Source: a phage | Sequence record: PZ452581.1 | DNA length: 64,000 bases | Strand: one strand, 5' to 3' | Shown: one piece after another, positions 60,339-64,000 of the stretch | Numbering within the stretch: the stretch's first letter is position 1 | Layout: each line of letters opens with the position of its first letter | Made by a program: the position numbers and the translations under genes | The notes under the pieces: generated by a model | Told to the model about the DNA's origin: nothing | The model's input: only the letters and a program-made list of their open reading frames with translations | Database searches by the model: none

Positions 60339-60631
60339 TATTCACCTACCACTTCAGCGATGATATTTTTGTTATTAAAGTTTTTATCGCAATACAGAAC
60401 ATAATTATACTGCATTACACCACCAGACTTAAGCTGTTTTTGCACTTCAGCTTTCATTTCAGGACGATCGCGCTCAACAATATTCATAATATCCGCTTCA
60501 ATTTGAGTTTCAACCTCAGTCTGATTAGCAGTCATAGACCATTCGCACAAATCTTTATCATATCCTGCCATAGCAGGCTGAGCAGCACAAGAAGCCAAAG
60601 TAAAAATTGTAGCAAAAATAAATTTTTTCAT
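60338..60631 (-). CDS. sp: periplasmic Spackle-like protein (assignment by size and signal peptide)
   Basis: 97 aa with N-terminal signal peptide ...ASCAAQPAMA. Confidence 0.55.
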   Translation of the reverse strand: MKKFIFATIFTLASCAAQPAMAGYDKDLCEWSMTANQTEVETQIEADIMNIVERDRPEMKAEVQKQLKSGGVMQYNYVLYCDKNFNNKNIIAEVVGE

Positions 60632-60649
60632 GATAATCTCCTCAGTAGT

Positions 60650-60689
60650 TTATGTTTATATAGTATCTCAATTTCCAACAAAAGTAAAC
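60650..60689 (-). promoter_or_regulatory. early promoter-like element
   Basis: GTTTAC at 60684-60689 (minus) with TACTATATAAAC downstream. Confidence 0.45.
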
Positions 60690-60691
60690 AG

Positions 60692-60991
60692 CTATTTTAA
60701 AACTTCTGCGTAATCACATGTTACAAACTGTTTCTCTAGCTTAACGATTTTACGAAAATACCTTTTATACTGACGAATCTGCCTCTTCGTAGGACGTACA
60801 GCAAACTTAATAAATTCCACTCGACCAAATGGAGGACTTTCTTCTGCTGGAATATCTAACACCAATTCCCACGTATCTGCAATAAGTGCTTTGAATTGAG
60901 TATTTTTCCTGACGTTATACGGAGTAGGTTTAAATAAAACAATATGCATATTATCCTCGGCAATCCACTTCGCACACTTTCTTGTCATCAA
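60692..60991 (-). CDS. hypothetical protein (61.4-like)
   Basis: 99 aa. Confidence 0.55.
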   Translation of the reverse strand: MMTRKCAKWIAEDNMHIVLFKPTPYNVRKNTQFKALIADTWELVLDIPAEESPPFGRVEFIKFAVRPTKRQIRQYKRYFRKIVKLEKQFVTCDYAEVLK

Positions 60992-61133
60992 TGAAAGCTT
61001 TAACTAATGCTTTATTAACTTCAGCATATTGAGTAGTAGCCCATTGAACGTCATCTTTCATCATTGTGATTTCTTTAGTAAACATGCTTTCATTCTTAAA
61101 CCACCCCATAAAAACTACCTTTACCAATTCCAT
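60951..61133 (-). CDS. dmd: Dmd antitoxin-like (inhibitor of host RnlA/LsoA)
   Basis: 60 aa MELVKVVFMGWFKNESMF..., recognised as T4 Dmd (61.5). Confidence 0.7.
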   Translation of the reverse strand: MELVKVVFMGWFKNESMFTKEITMMKDDVQWATTQYAEVNKALVKAFIDDKKVCEVDCRG

Positions 61134-61157
61134 AACAATCTCCTCATTTAACCAACA

Positions 61158-61193
61158 AGACTACTATACCATAGTCTTGTCAGTTTGTAAACT
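61158..61193 (-). promoter_or_regulatory. early promoter-like element
   Basis: Minus strand GTTTACAAACTGACAAGACTATGGTATAGTAGTC. Confidence 0.55.
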
Positions 61194-62619
61194 AAAATTT
61201 TAATTCATTTGCCAAAGCATCTAACTGAGCTCGAGTGGATTCATTTCTTTGATAGCGATTCTGTTCAGCCTGAATCTGTTGTGAACCTGCTACTTCACTC
61301 ACTTCGGTTGGAGTAGAATCTTGTTCAATTTCTACCCATTTTTGATTTCCTTTTTGAACACCCATCAAAAACTTATTCCACTTATTCTTATCACCATATC
61401 GTGATTTGATTTGCTTAATAAGTTGTTGTTCAGCAGCTGCCAACTCCTCGGTTTCAATGACCGCAAGCATAAAATCAGCTGTTGCTGGAAGACCAGCAGA
61501 TTCTGCGATATCACTCATGTTAACATCGGAAGAGTCCCAAGCTTGTTTACCAACCTGTGCTGCAGTCCAAAGAACAGTTTCGGTTTCAACAGCCAGAGCA
61601 CGCAATTCCTCTGCGATAGCTTTAACAGTTGTGTAACTATTTTCTGAATAAACTCTAATGCGGCAAGATTTACAAATACCTAGATAGTCGACAATAATGA
61701 TTGTTGGAACAAAATTCTTTTTGAGCTTCAATTCATTCAAGAGAGACCTGAATGTATTAGCGTCTGCTCCACCAGTAGGATACTGTTTAACGATTAAACG
61801 ACCGAGAGTAGATTTCTCACGCCATTTTTCCATTTTTCCTTTATACTCGGCGTAAGAAATATGTCCATCATCAATATCGTCAAGAGAAACATCGAGCATA
61901 TTAGCATCAATACGTTTAGCGCAGACTTCTTCTGCCATTTCCATGGAGATATAAAGAACGTTATGACCAAGCTGCAAATAATCTGCTGCCAATGAACACA
62001 ATCCTAATGACTTACCAACGTTAACACCAGCCATTAAAACGTTCAGTGTTCCAGTTTCAGCTCCGCCTTTAGTAATTTTATTTAGAATTTTGAGTCTAAA
62101 TGGAACCTTACGAGCTTTATTCATATAAGATAGCCAACGTGCTTCGTAGTCATCCATCCAATCATGACCAACGTAACTATCAAATGAAATTGATAATGCT
62201 TGGCGCATGATGTCAGGAATAGCACCAACATCCGGCATTTTCTTATTTCGTTTTTCCGGAGGAAGCTCAGCATTAGTTTGAATTTCGATTATTTTAGATG
62301 TGGCGTTAAACATCGCCCTTTGCTGAACATATTTTTCTGTTTCTTTTATTAACCAACTATGGTCTTCTGGAGAATCAGCCAGTTTTGAAATAAGTGTTTT
62401 TACACCAGAATATTCTGTTTCAGTAAATGAACTATTTTCTAATGCAACATTTAACGCATTAATAGATGGAACGCTATGGTACTCGTTGACATGAGATTTA
62501 ATTAATTTGAATGTATTTTTAGCTGGACCACTTTCAAAATATTCTGAATCCATATATGGCCAAACTTTTGAAAAATAAGCTTGATCAAATATAAGATGAG
62601 AAAGAATAATTTCTACCAC
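61192..62619 (-). CDS. 41: replicative DNA helicase (DnaB-like)
   Basis: 475 aa; Walker A GVNVGKS. Confidence 0.9.
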   Translation of the reverse strand: MVEIILSHLIFDQAYFSKVWPYMDSEYFESGPAKNTFKLIKSHVNEYHSVPSINALNVALENSSFTETEYSGVKTLISKLADSPEDHSWLIKETEKYVQQRAMFNATSKIIEIQTNAELPPEKRNKKMPDVGAIPDIMRQALSISFDSYVGHDWMDDYEARWLSYMNKARKVPFRLKILNKITKGGAETGTLNVLMAGVNVGKSLGLCSLAADYLQLGHNVLYISMEMAEEVCAKRIDANMLDVSLDDIDDGHISYAEYKGKMEKWREKSTLGRLIVKQYPTGGADANTFRSLLNELKLKKNFVPTIIIVDYLGICKSCRIRVYSENSYTTVKAIAEELRALAVETETVLWTAAQVGKQAWDSSDVNMSDIAESAGLPATADFMLAVIETEELAAAEQQLIKQIKSRYGDKNKWNKFLMGVQKGNQKWVEIEQDSTPTEVSEVAGSQQIQAEQNRYQRNESTRAQLDALANELKF

Positions 62620-62628
62620 ACTTACTCC

Positions 62629-62991
62629 TTAAAAGAATTTAAACTTTTTCTTTGACCTTTTATTAAATGCATCTTGTAGTTGCATTGTAATACATTTTTC
62701 TACATGAGGAGCTAACTCAGCTTTTCTTTCTTGGTCAAGAACAGCAAAGTCCATTACAACCTTTCCATCAACCCAATCCAGTTTAGTTACATACACAATG
62801 TGTGTAGAACCATCTTCTAGTTTAATGACAATCTCCTGGATAACATTTTCCATGGCAGATTTAATTATCTTAAGAGATTCATTAAAAAGACGTTCTTTTC
62901 TTTCTTCTTCCCCCTCCGAAGAGGGGGATTCATCGATAATTTCTAGATCTAAGTCTAAATCATCTTTATTCATTAAATTCTTCCATATCAC
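62629..62991 (-). CDS. 40: gp40 head-vertex assembly chaperone-like
   Basis: 120 aa between uvsX and 41. Confidence 0.7.
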   Translation of the reverse strand: MIWKNLMNKDDLDLDLEIIDESPSSEGEEERKERLFNESLKIIKSAMENVIQEIVIKLEDGSTHIVYVTKLDWVDGKVVMDFAVLDQERKAELAPHVEKCITMQLQDAFNKRSKKKFKFF

Positions 62992-64000
62992 TTAACTGTT
63001 CGAGGTCAGTTTCTAAATCAGCTGCTGATTTACTTTTACTTTCTGGGGATTTAAATTTTTCAACTTTTGAGTTAATTAATTCATCAACTTCAGCTTCAAC
63101 AATTTCATTACTATCAATAGCACCTAACTGATAAGCACGTTTAATAGCATCTCGGAATGGTTGATGCTTAAATAAAGGACCCCAGAATGTAGTGCAGTTA
63201 GTATCTTTTGCACGCCAAGATTTTTCTTCGCGAATCATCTCGCCGGTTTCTTCATCAAGAAATTCACGAGCATACCAACCATTTTTAGGTTTTACTACAA
63301 ATCCTAATTCAAGAGCCATATCTAACAATCCAGAATAAGGATCGATGCCACCGTCAAATTTAACATCAATAAAGAATTTACTTTTTTCTTTAACGGTACG
63401 AGATTTTTCTACATTTAGAACAAATTGATACCCCTGAAGATCAGAACCATCTTTAATCTGGCGCTTACCGATAATGAATACAGTATCAGCCGAATACATT
63501 ACGCCTGTACCACCTGTCATCACGGTTTTACTAAACATTTCAATTGTTTCAATTGTGTGGTTAACCGCAACACATGGAATGTTTTTAATACTAAAATAAG
63601 GAGTAACAATACGGAATAATGACTTCAGTGATTTAGCACGAGTCATATCTGCCACAGATTTTTCATTCAAGGCATCTTCCGTTTCTTTCTTAGAAGCCAT
63701 ATTACCAATTGAGTCGATGAATACAATAACCTTTTCACCACGCTCAATAGCTTCAAGCTGATTCACCATATCAATTTTCAGCTGTTCAACTGACTGGATT
63801 GGTGTATGAATTACACGTTCCGGATCAACTCCCATGGATCGCAAATAAGCTGGAGTAATACCAAATTCGCTATCATAGAATAAACAAACCGCATCAGGAT
63901 ATTTGTTCAAATACGCCGCAACCATAGTCAAAGACATATTTGATTTAAAGTGTTTAGAAGGACCTGCAAAAATGGTTAAACCAGACTGCATTCCACCATC
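62966..64000 (-). CDS. uvsX: UvsX recombinase (RecA-like); N-terminus outside window
   Basis: Frame open to window end; RecA-like core; acidic C-terminus. Confidence 0.9.
   Translation of the reverse strand, partial: DGGMQSGLTIFAGPSKHFKSNMSLTMVAAYLNKYPDAVCLFYDSEFGITPAYLRSMGVDPERVIHTPIQSVEQLKIDMVNQLEAIERGEKVIVFIDSIGNMASKKETEDALNEKSVADMTRAKSLKSLFRIVTPYFSIKNIPCVAVNHTIETIEMFSKTVMTGGTGVMYSADTVFIIGKRQIKDGSDLQGYQFVLNVEKSRTVKEKSKFFIDVKFDGGIDPYSGLLDMALELGFVVKPKNGWYAREFLDEETGEMIREEKSWRAKDTNCTTFWGPLFKHQPFRDAIKRAYQLGAIDSNEIVEAEVDELINSKVEKFKSPESKSKSAADLETDLEQLSDMEEFNE

Overview
This window is a contiguous 64 kb segment of a T4-like (T-even, Tevenvirinae) enterobacterial myovirus genome. It is AT-rich, tightly packed, and has no rRNA, tRNA, CRISPR array or transposon. 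Gene order is collinear with phage T4 from the 30.x small-ORF block through uvsX. Minus strand, 1-22200: HAD-like and NADAR-like ORFs, rIII, 31, cd, pseT, alc, rnlA, denA, nrdB, nrdA, td, frd, 32, 59, 33, dsbA, rnh. Plus strand, 22294-33310: late tail-fibre and lysis block 34-35-36-37-38-t. Minus strand, 33311-64000: asiA, arn, motA, 52, ac/stp/ndd, denB, rIIB, rIIA, 39, motB-like, dexA, dda, srd, modA, modB, soc, 56, 61, 61.x/sp/dmd, 41, 40, uvsX (5' end outside window). Gene names are assigned by my recognition of T4 protein sequences, lengths and synteny, not by any database search; many proteins look near-identical to T4, but soc, 38, 39 and several intergenic regions differ. Differences from T4 as I remember it: gene 39 is one unsplit 606-aa ORF (no gene 60 or bypass element), td and nrdB are uninterrupted, gp38 is the glycine-rich T2/T6-type adhesin, an extra ORF sits between frd and td, and the 56-61 gap holds a single antisense small membrane-protein ORF instead of dam/gene 69. 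I found no single clear-cut novel system; the candidates worth follow-up are a NADAR-like ORF in a genome that also encodes the ModA/ModB ADP-ribosyltransferases, the antisense ORF between 56 and 61, a 49-bp junction-cassette repeat in the 61.x paralogues, and a repeated promoter/terminator module. The ORF track evidently allows TTG starts (seen at 22204 and 22361), so several N-termini were trimmed to the internal ATG.
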